A stretch of DNA of 63,214 nt, filler included, from Salisapilia sapeloensis CBS 127946 (lineage: Eukaryota > Protista > Oomycota), in assembly GCA_023334545.1 (NCBI GenBank). It is 10 parts of 10 records of this genome, joined end to end, with 100 filler letters (N's around TTAATTAATTAA, not from the genome) between each part and the next. Parts side by side here need not be neighbours in the genome. Positions count along the whole stretch, not along the records: positions 47,818 to 49,701 come from JAADVB010001017.1; positions 49,802 to 51,425 come from JAADVB010001085.1; positions 51,526 to 57,430 come from JAADVB010000583.1; positions 57,531 to 61,169 come from JAADVB010000734.1; 6 more parts are not named here. The stretch is one strand, 5' to 3'. This document shows positions 48,077 through 59,252 of the stretch, piece after piece (the stretch's first letter is position 1; every line of letters begins with the position of its first letter). Both the position numbers and the translations under genes were made by a program. Below the pieces are notes generated by a model. The model worked only from the letters and a program-made list of their open reading frames with translations, had not been told where the DNA came from and did not search any database.

Positions 48077-49701
48077 AGGCTTAAAGTTATTGGCAACGTG
48101 CAAATGTATGAATGGTATGTAAACGGACTTTTAATTCTATGGTGGAGACGACGTAGCGGGAAACATTTCTGGCGTGCTCGGCATACACCGTCGCTTCTGT
48201 AGCATTTGGGTTGGCTTGCGCGAGATGGGGAACATAGCTCGAACAGAAAAGTGGTCAGTGTAGTTGAAATTCGTAGGTTTGTGAAGGTTCAATCGCAACT
48301 CTATTCTCTATCTGAGAAATGAGCGCCTGGGCAAGCGATGTCGGCTCATGTTCATATCAACATAGCGTTGTTTGGCTTGACTATTCTATTTCTACCTTCA
48401 AGACCTACCAAAACTGAGTTCAACTGCTTAAAAGAGCATGAAAATGACCGTGATGATATGGAGGAATAGCAGGATACAAGGTGCGACAAATGATTGCATC
48501 AAGTGACGAGCAAACAACGTCCTACCATACCAACCACTTCATGCTCTCTTGGTCTCTGATTGCGGTCACTTTTGCAGCTTTTGAGGTTAGTAAAAACGCT
48601 CCTCGTCTTCCTTGTAGTGACTACTGATAATAGTTGACCCAGATGTCGAGTATACGATTTACATCATGTCGGTCACTGCGTGCTCTCCTTTTCTACAACT
48701 GCGACCGTCTTTGTAACTTTCGAGGGAAATGAAGCCGAGGCAAAATGACAAAATGGGAGTATATAGTGGTATATCTAGATTACTGGTAATGCAGCTTTTT
48801 CGGATCCAGTGGAAATCTAAAGCTTTCACTTCCGGACTCCAAGGAGTTTAATGTAAGTACTCTTTGTTACAGAAAAGAAAATCTAAAACTAGAGCACTTC
48901 GGGCACTCACGGAATTCGAAGTGAGAAAGCATGTACTGAAAGCACATCAAAAAGCAATGTTAAGAATAGTACTAGATAGTCCCTTAAGCGCATGATGAAA
49001 ATGCGAATGTGATCGAAGACCAACCTGTACATGTAGCGAGGTGTTTGGTATGCTTGGAACTGGGTACACCTAAGTTAAACCTACATCAATTACAGAAAAG
49101 CACGTAGTTTCTCACTGCAATAAAAATATTTCATTTTTACGACGCAACATTTGTGCTCCATTAGGCTGTACACCAGCATGCCGAAGTGTTTTGATTTGAG
49201 ATCAGGTCCTTGGAAATGGCAATTGACATGAACACAGGATAACTCACCTTTATCTTTGGCTGCCGAGAAGAAGAGTCCGTCCACGTAGAAAACACGCATC
49301 GGCTCTTGACATGAAGTCACTCAGTATTCTTGCTCTGCTGTGTTAATGCCACTTTCGGCTTAGGAAGTGAGGTACATTAATGTCAAGTAACTTATGATGT
49401 CTAATGTCCGTCCCGAGCATACGCTAGTCGCATGCTCGCCTACCGGCCCAGCCATGACCCAAAAGGTCTTAAGTTATGGTCTGTACGTAGACTATATGCT
49501 ATGTGTCCGTAAGCTCCATCAACCGCCGAATTTCAGACATCATGTAGTACACTTTCGGCTTAAGCATTGAACAATCGACGAATAATTTTAAACAGTCTGA
49601 CAGCACCCAACCGCTCATTGTCAAATTAAAATTCAGTTTCTACTTCTGTGGCTATATTTTAATTTTTGCTCGAAGTATGTCACAATACTTACCACGAGGT
49701 A

Positions 49702-49801
49702 NNNNNNNNNNNNNNNNNNNNNNNNNNNNNNNNNNNNNNNNNNNNTTAATTAATTAANNNNNNNNNNNNNNNNNNNNNNNNNNNNNNNNNNNNNNNNNNN
49801 N
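49702..49801. other. Artificial contig linker
   Basis: N44-TTAATTAATTAA-N44. Confidence 0.99.
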
Positions 49802-49961
49802 AGAGCTCTTCAGGAATACCACCACCAACTATGGGGGGAATAGAAAGAACTACTTCGTAGTCCTTCCTTCTCTAAGAATAGACATTAAGTACATATGAAG
49901 AGCAACGTGTATAAGGTAAAGAAAAATGAAAACTGAGGGTTCTAAGGTATTATATTTAGCA

Positions 49962-50729
49962 TTATTGCTGATCATCTTCTTGCCTAAACATATCTCCTAA
50001 CAAATCATCGCTTTCGTTTCCATCATCTCGCCGCAGTCGTTCAGCTTCTTGTTCTTGTTCACGCATAGCTTCCTCCCCCTCTTGAATCTCACGCTCGGTT
50101 ACGGCTTCTTGCCAAGCAGCATGGTCGTTTACTAGAAAGTTCTCCGGCGTAGTCAAAGTCTCACTAGTCTGTCGTCCGCGGTACCTAGAAAGAAAACGAG
50201 TTGTTGGAGTACTTACGTTGTCGAATGTATCGCCGAATACAGCTTCTGCTTCTTCCTCAGTGTCGGAATCTGTGAACGTGAGGTCGATGATGCTTTCATC
50301 TTGGGTACGGCGTTGCACCAACGATCGCATCGACACGCTATATGACCGTAATAGGCGCCGCTCTCTCCGTAGAGACGCCAACCTTTGCTCGTTCTGTAGT
50401 TGCCTAGCTTGGAGTCGATCAATTGTCGTCTGCATTTGAATTCTTCGGTTGCGCTCTCGAGTAGCAACGGCATTTGCGTCTCTGACATTGTCAAGTTGAG
50501 CAGAAAGCTCCCTTGTAATGCGTTGTACCGTAGACTGGAGGCGTTCTATTGTGGCGTCTCGGTCGGAAATGGCCTCATCGGCAGCAACGGCTTCTTTCGA
50601 CATGTAATTATTTAACAGAAATTTACACAGATCGTCGTTAGAGGTGTCCGGGCGTTTCAATGGAGCAGGCCTCCGCTTCACCCACCCGTCGCTCCTGCGC
50701 AAGTACTTAAAAGTGTGTTCCTTCGGCAT
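49962..50729 (-). CDS. Putative viral accessory protein: basic N-terminus, coiled coil, acidic tail
   Basis: Intronless ORF from MPKEHTFKYLRRSDGWVKRRP; heptads ATIERLQSTVQRITRELSAQL...LASLRRERRLL; IIDLTFTDSDTEEE. Confidence 0.65.
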   Translation of the reverse strand: MPKEHTFKYLRRSDGWVKRRPAPLKRPDTSNDDLCKFLLNNYMSKEAVAADEAISDRDATIERLQSTVQRITRELSAQLDNVRDANAVATRERNRRIQMQTTIDRLQARQLQNEQRLASLRRERRLLRSYSVSMRSLVQRRTQDESIIDLTFTDSDTEEEAEAVFGDTFDNVSTPTTRFLSRYRGRQTSETLTTPENFLVNDHAAWQEAVTEREIQEGEEAMREQEQEAERLRRDDGNESDDLLGDMFRQEDDQQ

Positions 50730-51189
50730 TTTTATAAATGGAAAGAAATACAACAGCTCAACAACAAAGATTTGCTGCCGACCATTCAAACGGTTGGATC
50801 AGATTAACGGTATGGAACATTCTCACCCACCATCAACGGTGTCGCAAGGTCTGTAACGATCCAATGGGAAAGGGGATCAGATGTGTAACCTGGTCCGACC
50901 AGATTAGTCCGAGGTCTAATTATACATACATTCATACCATCATTCAGGCAATCATTCCTACTCGGAATGCATGTTCAGAAACATCCTGGTGAAAGATCGC
51001 GTAGTAACACATATGGTTCAACCAGTGACTAATTTTAGTCAAAAGATCGCATGACTTATGGGTACGTAATGACTGAAGGGTCACAAACGTATTAACAAGA
51101 TCGCATAAAAGTATCCTGCAATATCTCAACGCACATCGCACTTCTAGACGCATGAGATGCACCATTCGAAAGCTCTTGCCAGTGTCAGT

Positions 51190-51203
51190 TCATTCGGCAA
51201 TTT
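51190..51203 (+). promoter_or_regulatory. Oomycete INR+FPR core promoter in front of Rep
   Basis: TCATTCGGCAATTT, one mismatch to TCATTYYNCAWTTT, 3 nt before the ATG at 51207. Confidence 0.65.
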
Positions 51204-51206
51204 GCC

Positions 51207-51425
51207 ATGTTCAGCGCACCCAGACAAGTATCTTACCGAGCACAAGACCGCGAGTGGGATGCACGATTCAACGTCCAAACCGACGAGGCCCTCAACAACA
51301 TTATCTCCTCCATCAAGCGAGAAAACGATGCCGGAAAGTTTCGATACATTCTTATCGGAGGTGTTGAGATCGGAACCAAGCCATTCCAAGACGACTACGA
51401 AGTCCGACACATCCACGTTGCAGCC
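51207..51425 (+). CDS. rep: HUH-endonuclease replication initiator (Rep), N-terminal fragment
   Basis: EWDARFNV (motif I-like), YILIGGVEIG, RHIHVAA (motif II, HUH). From recall it matches Phytophthora parasitica virus-like Reps. Cut by the contig end. Confidence 0.75.
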
Positions 51426-51525
51426 NNNNNNNNNNNNNNNNNNNNNNNNNNNNNNNNNNNNNNNNNNNNTTAATTAATTAANNNNNNNNNNNNNNNNNNN
51501 NNNNNNNNNNNNNNNNNNNNNNNNN
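51426..51525. other. Artificial contig linker
   Basis: N44-TTAATTAATTAA-N44. Confidence 0.99.
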
Positions 51526-53754
51526 AATGTTCTTTTACACACGACGTCGAGCGGAGAGCATTGCAACGCTACAGTAGGTGACAGCGATATTGCGCGTTGT
51601 GAGCGACTCGAGTGATACGAGAAGGTTAAAATGCATACTTTTAATTCATTAAGATCATGCACGACTTGATAAATGATTGCTTGGAAGTGTGTTACCTCCT
51701 TCTATGCTGTTACACTTATCTTGCCAACTATGTTGAGAAGTTGTATTGTACGGATTCGGCACTATATACATAGCGCGCACATTCCCCTCAGCAATGCAGT
51801 ACAGGTGCTTTCGGCGTTGTATCCAATTCAGATGCCCTGTGCGAGATTGTGATAGTAATCTTCTCTTTTACGCGTACACAACGGTCCGCTAAAGCTTGCA
51901 AACAGTCGGAGATTGTATAATGGCCCAAGTGAGTAGATTCATTTAGCTGTCTAATTTCCCCTGAAAATCTCTGTTTTGCCATTGATCCATGTATTCAAAC
52001 AGTCGACAAGGAATACAGCGATTGGCCATTTTCGGATATAAACTTACCATCTAGATTTCGAGCAAGCTATAGCTTGTTTCGTTAAATCTACCGCTGGTAA
52101 ATGAAGGTAGCGCGCCGTTCTGTAAAATCGACCGAAAATAATGACCTTGTCGTAGTACGCATATGGCACCGTCACACACAAATGATTATTATGTAAGTCA
52201 GAGTGTCCACGTCGGACGCTTGGTAATGGCAGCGGAGCGGGATAATCTCGATAAAGGCTCGTACTACACGGTTCCTTCGTCAGCATGCAGGTTCAGTACT
52301 ATAGATTCGAAAAATACATTAACTGATAAACCTCGCTTTGTCACAAAAAACGTTTGTCAATGGCTAAAAGCCGACATGATTTTCATTGTGTTGCTCTTGC
52401 TTCCAGAGGGAGTATCTAGGAGAGGAATCAAAGCTTGAAATTCAGCGTTTGGTATTAAGCAGCTTATCACTCTAAATTTAGGCAGGATGAACGCCAACGC
52501 TCAATGCGTTCAATGGTACGAAGTGAACAGTCTCAGCTGTGTATGCTTATGTTTGTAGTTCAAGTAATGACCAAGTTGCCGATTAAAAAGTAAACTATCT
52601 GCTGAGCTTTATGTTAGGCAAGTTCTGGACGCAGCTTGCATTTATACCAAGCACAAACAGAGTATCGGGAACTTTTGATTCATCCTAGTGCATGCATTCT
52701 AGAGTAGCAAGGATTAAGAGTGTCGTAAAGTAATAACGCCTAGAAAATAATGCATTGAAAGGATTCTGAAATGTCTGTACTGTAATTGCGAGGTTAAATT
52801 TGTTCATCACTCAAAACCGTAATAACGGAATTGGTACTAGCGGTTACTTTGCGTGCGGAGCAGCTAGCGCTTTATGGCTAGTCATTCTTCTCTTCATCCG
52901 CGCCGAGAACGCGTACTGCATACTCAAGACATATATAATGACAGAGCCTCTTACGTTAAGAAAACGACAATCGATGGAGAAGTTATCTAGATGAGTAGCA
53001 GCATCGCAATGCGGTCTTGGTGCACCGTATCTACCTAGGCATACATATCGACCTTTCGAACGCAATGGCTTTCGACAATAGAAATTGCATGCCCACTTGA
53101 CAAGGAACATGCGGACACGCTAAACTTTATTTGGCGACCTGGAATCTTTTATCCTCGTGCCTTACAGCGAGCCTACTGTTAGTAGTAGATTGATCAGAGC
53201 ATATCTGATCCAAATGTTTATATCTCTACGTATGCGCTTGTGTGAGAAACTTCGACTGTGGTATTCAAAAGCATGCTGTGTGACGAGAGACTGCTATGAC
53301 CCTATTAAAGCTTGCTTTCTGTCTTATAGCATACCTCCATGCGTTTCTTGCTTCAATCTAGTGTATTGTAGAGAAGGGCATTTGACTCGGACGACAGCTA
53401 GCACTCTTCCTCTCTAAGTCGATGTAATTCATCAGCGCTATAAACGAAAATAAAGACAAGCTTCCTTTTAAACAGAGACCAAGCGTCAGAAACTGTCTTG
53501 ATGAAGGCATGGCTCAAACCAGCCCTCTGTCGTCTCTATCCTTTTGCAGTGTTCAGCCCAAGGTCATCCTTGGTCTAGAGAGACTATGGTTCCTAGCACA
53601 TCATACGAAGACGAAAGTGTCCAGTCGTAGTGGCAAATGCTCTAAGAAGAGTAACGCTTTATCTATCTTGACTGAGGCACAGCATGATGCATACCCTCTC
53701 GATCGATAACTAAATGCAACTGGATCTTTATTAGTTCCCTACTTATACAACGAA

Positions 53755-55008
<1,254 letters not shown>

Positions 55009-55035
55009 TCAAAGGTCGGAAACGCAAAACATGAT

Positions 55036-57348
55036 TTATTTCGCGTCCAGCTCCTTGGTCCAGTCGAAGGCGTCCCAATGTCTACGAAAGGCACGCACAG
55101 CCACAACCTCTTCCTCCACCGACTGCTTCTCCCGGTTATTGTACCTAGGCGGATCCATCTCCAACATCCCAGCGACAACACCAACGCCAAAGTCTCGTGG
55201 GAACTGCTCGCTGTCTTCGATCACATGCGCATACCCGCCGCTCTTGTCTCCATCTCTCCACTCCATACTAAAGTAGGCAAATTGCTTCGGCACATGCCTC
55301 CTCACACCTCCATCCTTGATATCGATAACCTTCTTATGCGTTGACCACTCTTCATCCACCTGCATCAGTTCCTGCTTAAAGTACATGGGCGCATCCTGCG
55401 CTATTTCCATCGGCACAGGCACACATTCCACAACCGTATGCCTTTTCCTACCCGGCGCCTGTGTCTGCTCTAGGAAGACAACACCCATACCAAAGACAGA
55501 GAGACACATCTGCGTCAATTCCTTCTGGAATCGACGCATCTCGATGTACACGTCCTCTTCGGACTGCGTAAAGGAACTTAGATGATCAATCGGAACGATA
55601 ACACAATGCGCCTCATGCAGACGCTTGGCCGACGGTATCGCTAGATACGTCGACTCTCCTAACGCCACCGTCAAGTGGCTCTTCCAAGCTTCACTATGTC
55701 GACATCGACCGCACCGACGCGTACGTTCATCCCACTTGCGCTCATCCATCCGAGTCTTTTGCTGGTCGTACTCCTGTCTCTTCCGACGCGTCAGTCTATC
55801 CTCCGGCCGCTGGAGCATCTTCGTACCCACCTGATCCTCCTCGTCAAACCCACTCGACGACTGCTTCGCGTCCGAATCTTTATACCTACCGCCTAGTCTC
55901 ACGATATTTCTAGCCTGCACTTCGTCCATATCGCCTCGACTAAATCCTGCCTTGGCCGTTCGTTCCTCCCGAACCATCTCTTCCAGAGACATGTCTTCCG
56001 ATACCTCTCTCCTTTCCTTCTTACCCTGTCGAGACCCACGACGTAGATCCTCCTTCTCCAACGGAGGCGCTGGACCTGCTACCGGATAAAAGGCACTGTC
56101 AGCTGCAACACTAGCTTCATGCTGCTTAGCTTCTGCGTCGTTCAGCTGGTCGCGGAGCTTGTGGAAGAGCTCCGTTTGGCCTCGCATCTGCGCTCGTAAA
56201 GCCTTTGCTGCCAGAGCATTTAAGTCCTCTTCCCCTGTTGCCTCCTCTTTCTTCGTCTCGGGTGTCTTGGAGGCTGGAGGGGTGGGACCTCCGTATAAGA
56301 AAGCTTTACGTCTATCTATCTCCTCCTTATCCTCTGCCTTGTGCTTCTTCGGTGGTACCTCTCGTGTACCATGTCTCCGTGGACTTCCAGATCTCTTCTG
56401 TCTACCAGGATGTCTCTGTGGACGACTAGCTGCTTCCTCAAAGTCCGGAAGCTTCGAGTAGTCCACTCGATCTTCCTCCTCTACATCATCCGTAGGGAAA
56501 CTACTAGCGGCAGATCTCTGGACGCGTGTGGAGAAACTAGATAGAATCGTCTTATCACTTGCATCTCGACCAACAGGCAGTCTCCTGCCCTTTGAGTTGG
56601 ACCTACTAGACGTATCTGCATGACGACGGTAGTGTAAGTGAGCGTCAGGACGAGCAGAATCTTGGAAAGACTCTTGGAGAACATCTAGAGAGCCAAAGCG
56701 CTCCATGACGAGACTTTCTAACGACTCTCCTGTCTGCGCTGCTTTGTCTTTACATCGCTGCAGCATCTTGGCTCGCCAACTAGCTCCTCCATCTCCTACC
56801 AGAGGCTTTCGAGGAGCTGTAGAGTCACTCTGGGTGGTAGAGGACTCTTTCTTGGGATCGTAGAGACCATATCTTAAGCCAGAATGAGGATCTCGGAGTC
56901 CTGATGCTACCTCTTGGTCGTGCTTCGATAAGCGCTCTTCCTCCTCCACGTCTTCCTCTGTCTTTTGTTCTGTAGTTGGAGTCGTCTCGAATGACATGCT
57001 CATCCATTCATCACGTGGGGTGGATTGTGAGGGTTCAGGAGCACTGGGTGGCTGGTCATTGTCGGAACTGTCGGTGGAAGAATCAGACGAATGCTTTCGC
57101 TTCTTCTGTTTACGATGCTTGTGCTTGCTTTTCTTCTTCTTGGGCTTGTCTTTACTCTCACGACCTTTGTGTTTCTTCTTATTTGCTTTAGACGTGTCTT
57201 CATCCTTATTGACGAACGTAAGACCTTGTAGGAGAGAGCTCATGCCTGCTCTACTCTGGTCGTCTATTAGTTGTTCGTTATTGTGTCTTTTGAATTTAAG
57301 CCAATGAAAAGGCTTATAGGAGACTTTTGTCCAGTCATATACGTCCAT
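55036..57348 (-). CDS. CWF19L2: CWF19-like protein 2 (spliceosome; CwfJ C-terminal domains)
   Basis: RDEWMSM, VGDGGASWRAK, HCVIVPIDH, HTVVECVPVP, YFKQELMQVDEEWSTHKK, FPRDFG..VVAGML, FDWTKEL. Confidence 0.93.
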   Translation of the reverse strand: MDVYDWTKVSYKPFHWLKFKRHNNEQLIDDQSRAGMSSLLQGLTFVNKDEDTSKANKKKHKGRESKDKPKKKKSKHKHRKQKKRKHSSDSSTDSSDNDQPPSAPEPSQSTPRDEWMSMSFETTPTTEQKTEEDVEEEERLSKHDQEVASGLRDPHSGLRYGLYDPKKESSTTQSDSTAPRKPLVGDGGASWRAKMLQRCKDKAAQTGESLESLVMERFGSLDVLQESFQDSARPDAHLHYRRHADTSSRSNSKGRRLPVGRDASDKTILSSFSTRVQRSAASSFPTDDVEEEDRVDYSKLPDFEEAASRPQRHPGRQKRSGSPRRHGTREVPPKKHKAEDKEEIDRRKAFLYGGPTPPASKTPETKKEEATGEEDLNALAAKALRAQMRGQTELFHKLRDQLNDAEAKQHEASVAADSAFYPVAGPAPPLEKEDLRRGSRQGKKERREVSEDMSLEEMVREERTAKAGFSRGDMDEVQARNIVRLGGRYKDSDAKQSSSGFDEEDQVGTKMLQRPEDRLTRRKRQEYDQQKTRMDERKWDERTRRCGRCRHSEAWKSHLTVALGESTYLAIPSAKRLHEAHCVIVPIDHLSSFTQSEEDVYIEMRRFQKELTQMCLSVFGMGVVFLEQTQAPGRKRHTVVECVPVPMEIAQDAPMYFKQELMQVDEEWSTHKKVIDIKDGGVRRHVPKQFAYFSMEWRDGDKSGGYAHVIEDSEQFPRDFGVGVVAGMLEMDPPRYNNREKQSVEEEVVAVRAFRRHWDAFDWTKELDAK

Positions 57349-57430
57349 AAAGCATCTCAGACGTGATGCGAGTGAGCGAGTACCGGTGGGGGCATGCCGT
57401 CAACTCTTGCGAGGAGCTGGCAGAGGCCAA

Positions 57431-57530
57431 NNNNNNNNNNNNNNNNNNNNNNNNNNNNNNNNNNNNNNNNNNNNTTAATTAATTAANNNNNNNNNNNNNN
57501 NNNNNNNNNNNNNNNNNNNNNNNNNNNNNN
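57431..57530. other. Artificial contig linker
   Basis: N44-TTAATTAATTAA-N44. Confidence 0.99.
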
Positions 57531-57819
57531 GAATGTATTCTCCGCACAACCCAACAACAAAACAAACACTCTTACTATCAATCAGATAACCAAGTAAGCA
57601 ATATCCATGCACCACTAATCCATCGACTAACACCGGTCGATGAATAGATGTTCTTGGCATCCATCATTGGCTAAACACATTGATTACCGTCCAAAAGCAC
57701 TAGGATGCCACCGATTAAGGTGTTTTTATGTTTGAAAACGCAACGTCATGACCTACAGTATGGTATCTTCAAATTCTACTCCCGGTTTGTGCGATCCGGT
57801 TGAGTCCTTCAGCACAGCT

Positions 57820-57833
57820 TCATTTCCCAATTT
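57820..57833 (+). promoter_or_regulatory. Oomycete INR+FPR core promoter
   Basis: TCATTTCCCAATTT, exact match to TCATTYYNCAWTTT. It places the real start at ATG 57874 rather than 57748. Confidence 0.75.
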
Positions 57834-57873
57834 ACCTTTGCAAACACAAGCCATCCCTTCTAATTCGGACCTC

Positions 57874-59082
57874 ATGTCTTTCCCCAAAATCAAACTGACC
57901 TACTTCAACGCCGCTGGACGCGCTGAGTCACTTCGACTTGCTCTCCACATCGCTGGTATCCCTTTCGTGGATAACCGAATCAGTTTTGAAGAATTTCCTG
58001 TGCTTAAAGATAGCCTTCCAACTAGACAGGTCCCTGCACTGGAAGTCGACGGTGAAGTGTATGCCCAGTCAGTGGCTCAATTGAAGTTCATCGGACGCAT
58101 TGGAGGGTTGTATCCTGTCAATGACCCAGAGGCTGCTGCACATGTCACGGAGATCCTCGGCGCAACAAATGACTTAACTGAGCAGCTCGTACCCTCATTT
58201 ATGGAGCAAGATCCGGAGAAGAAGAAAAAGCTCGTGCAAGCGCTGTTGGAGAATGTGATGCCAGTGAAATTGCCACAGTTGAATGCACGCTTGAAGCAGA
58301 TGCAGCAACTTCGAGTCTTCAGCTCCGGGAAAATATTCGTACATGATCTACAACTTTACACGCTTACCAGTCAGATCAAGTCTGGTGCATTGCCCGGTGT
58401 ACCGACCACCATTTTCGACCAGTACGAGAGCATTCAGCATGTAATGGACAAGGTTTCCACACACTCGAAGGTTGTCGAATGGAACTCGGTGAAGCACGGG
58501 ACGACTCCGAGTCTAAAGCTGACTTACTTTGATATCCCCGGTCGTGCTGAGAGCATCCGTCTGGCGTTTGCTATTGGAGGCATCGCTTTCGAAGACCATC
58601 GCGTTTCTGAAACGGAATTTGCGGAGCTTAAGGACAAGCTACCGTACGGTCAAGTGCCCGTGCTAGAAATGGATGGCAAAGTGATCGCTCAATCGATGGC
58701 TGTTTTGGACTATGCCGGAAAGCTTTCTGGGCTGTATCCTGAGAATGACCCAGTCCTCCAGATGCGAGTGGACGAAGTAAGCATGCTGCTTGAGGACTTT
58801 AGTGCTGACTTTATGATCAAAAAGTTGCCAGTCCTTGACGCTACGAAGAACAGACTGACGCAACTGGATGCCCGTATTGGTCACTGGAGTAGCAAGTATG
58901 CCGCAGGCGATGTCATGACCACTACGGACTTGACGATCTTCGGCCTCATCAAGCATGTTACGTCTGGTTGGTATCCAGAGATCCCAAAAGATATTCACCA
59001 CAGCTACAAGAACATCATGAAAGTCTTTAAGCAAGTGGAGGAACATCCCAAGGTCGTCGAGTGGTATCAGAAGAAGCAGTAA
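57874..59082 (+). CDS. Tandem two-domain glutathione S-transferase (sigma-like, Tyr-type)
   Basis: Two copies of KLTYF..GRAES.RLA..I.GI.F.D.R.S..EF..LKD.LP..QVP.LE.DG.V.AQS. Confidence 0.93.
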   Translation: MSFPKIKLTYFNAAGRAESLRLALHIAGIPFVDNRISFEEFPVLKDSLPTRQVPALEVDGEVYAQSVAQLKFIGRIGGLYPVNDPEAAAHVTEILGATNDLTEQLVPSFMEQDPEKKKKLVQALLENVMPVKLPQLNARLKQMQQLRVFSSGKIFVHDLQLYTLTSQIKSGALPGVPTTIFDQYESIQHVMDKVSTHSKVVEWNSVKHGTTPSLKLTYFDIPGRAESIRLAFAIGGIAFEDHRVSETEFAELKDKLPYGQVPVLEMDGKVIAQSMAVLDYAGKLSGLYPENDPVLQMRVDEVSMLLEDFSADFMIKKLPVLDATKNRLTQLDARIGHWSSKYAAGDVMTTTDLTIFGLIKHVTSGWYPEIPKDIHHSYKNIMKVFKQVEEHPKVVEWYQKKQ

Positions 59083-59252
59083 GACCGCCGGTTCTCATCC
59101 AATGTGGCAATAAGCACAATCTTCCGCATGCCGTTTGGAGAGTAAATAGGACAAGGAGCGAATGAAACGAACACCTTTTGAAATCCAAGAGCAAATGTCT
59201 TAGTCTATGTTAGTCCTAGGGATAGACGACAAAGCACGTTATACCTTTCAAT

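Larger units (their letters stand above)
49802..51425. mobile_element. ssDNA virus-like contig (endogenous element or co-sequenced virus)
   Basis: Divergent intronless ORFs, one an HUH-Rep N-terminus; repeat/hairpin-rich intergenic region; no host gene on the contig. Confidence 0.72.

Noticed and set aside
49090-49320. VFYVDGLFF as a possible MULE transposase motif
   Set aside because: Only a faint resemblance; no other DDE motifs or terminal repeats.
49805-49903. 8-bp inverted repeat GCTCTTCA/TGAAGAGC near the left end of the viral contig as a terminal hairpin
   Set aside because: Too short, and the contig end is an assembly break, so a genome terminus cannot be inferred.
51526-53700. Scattered short ORFs in an AT-richer stretch
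   Set aside because: No motifs or codon bias; treated as intergenic.
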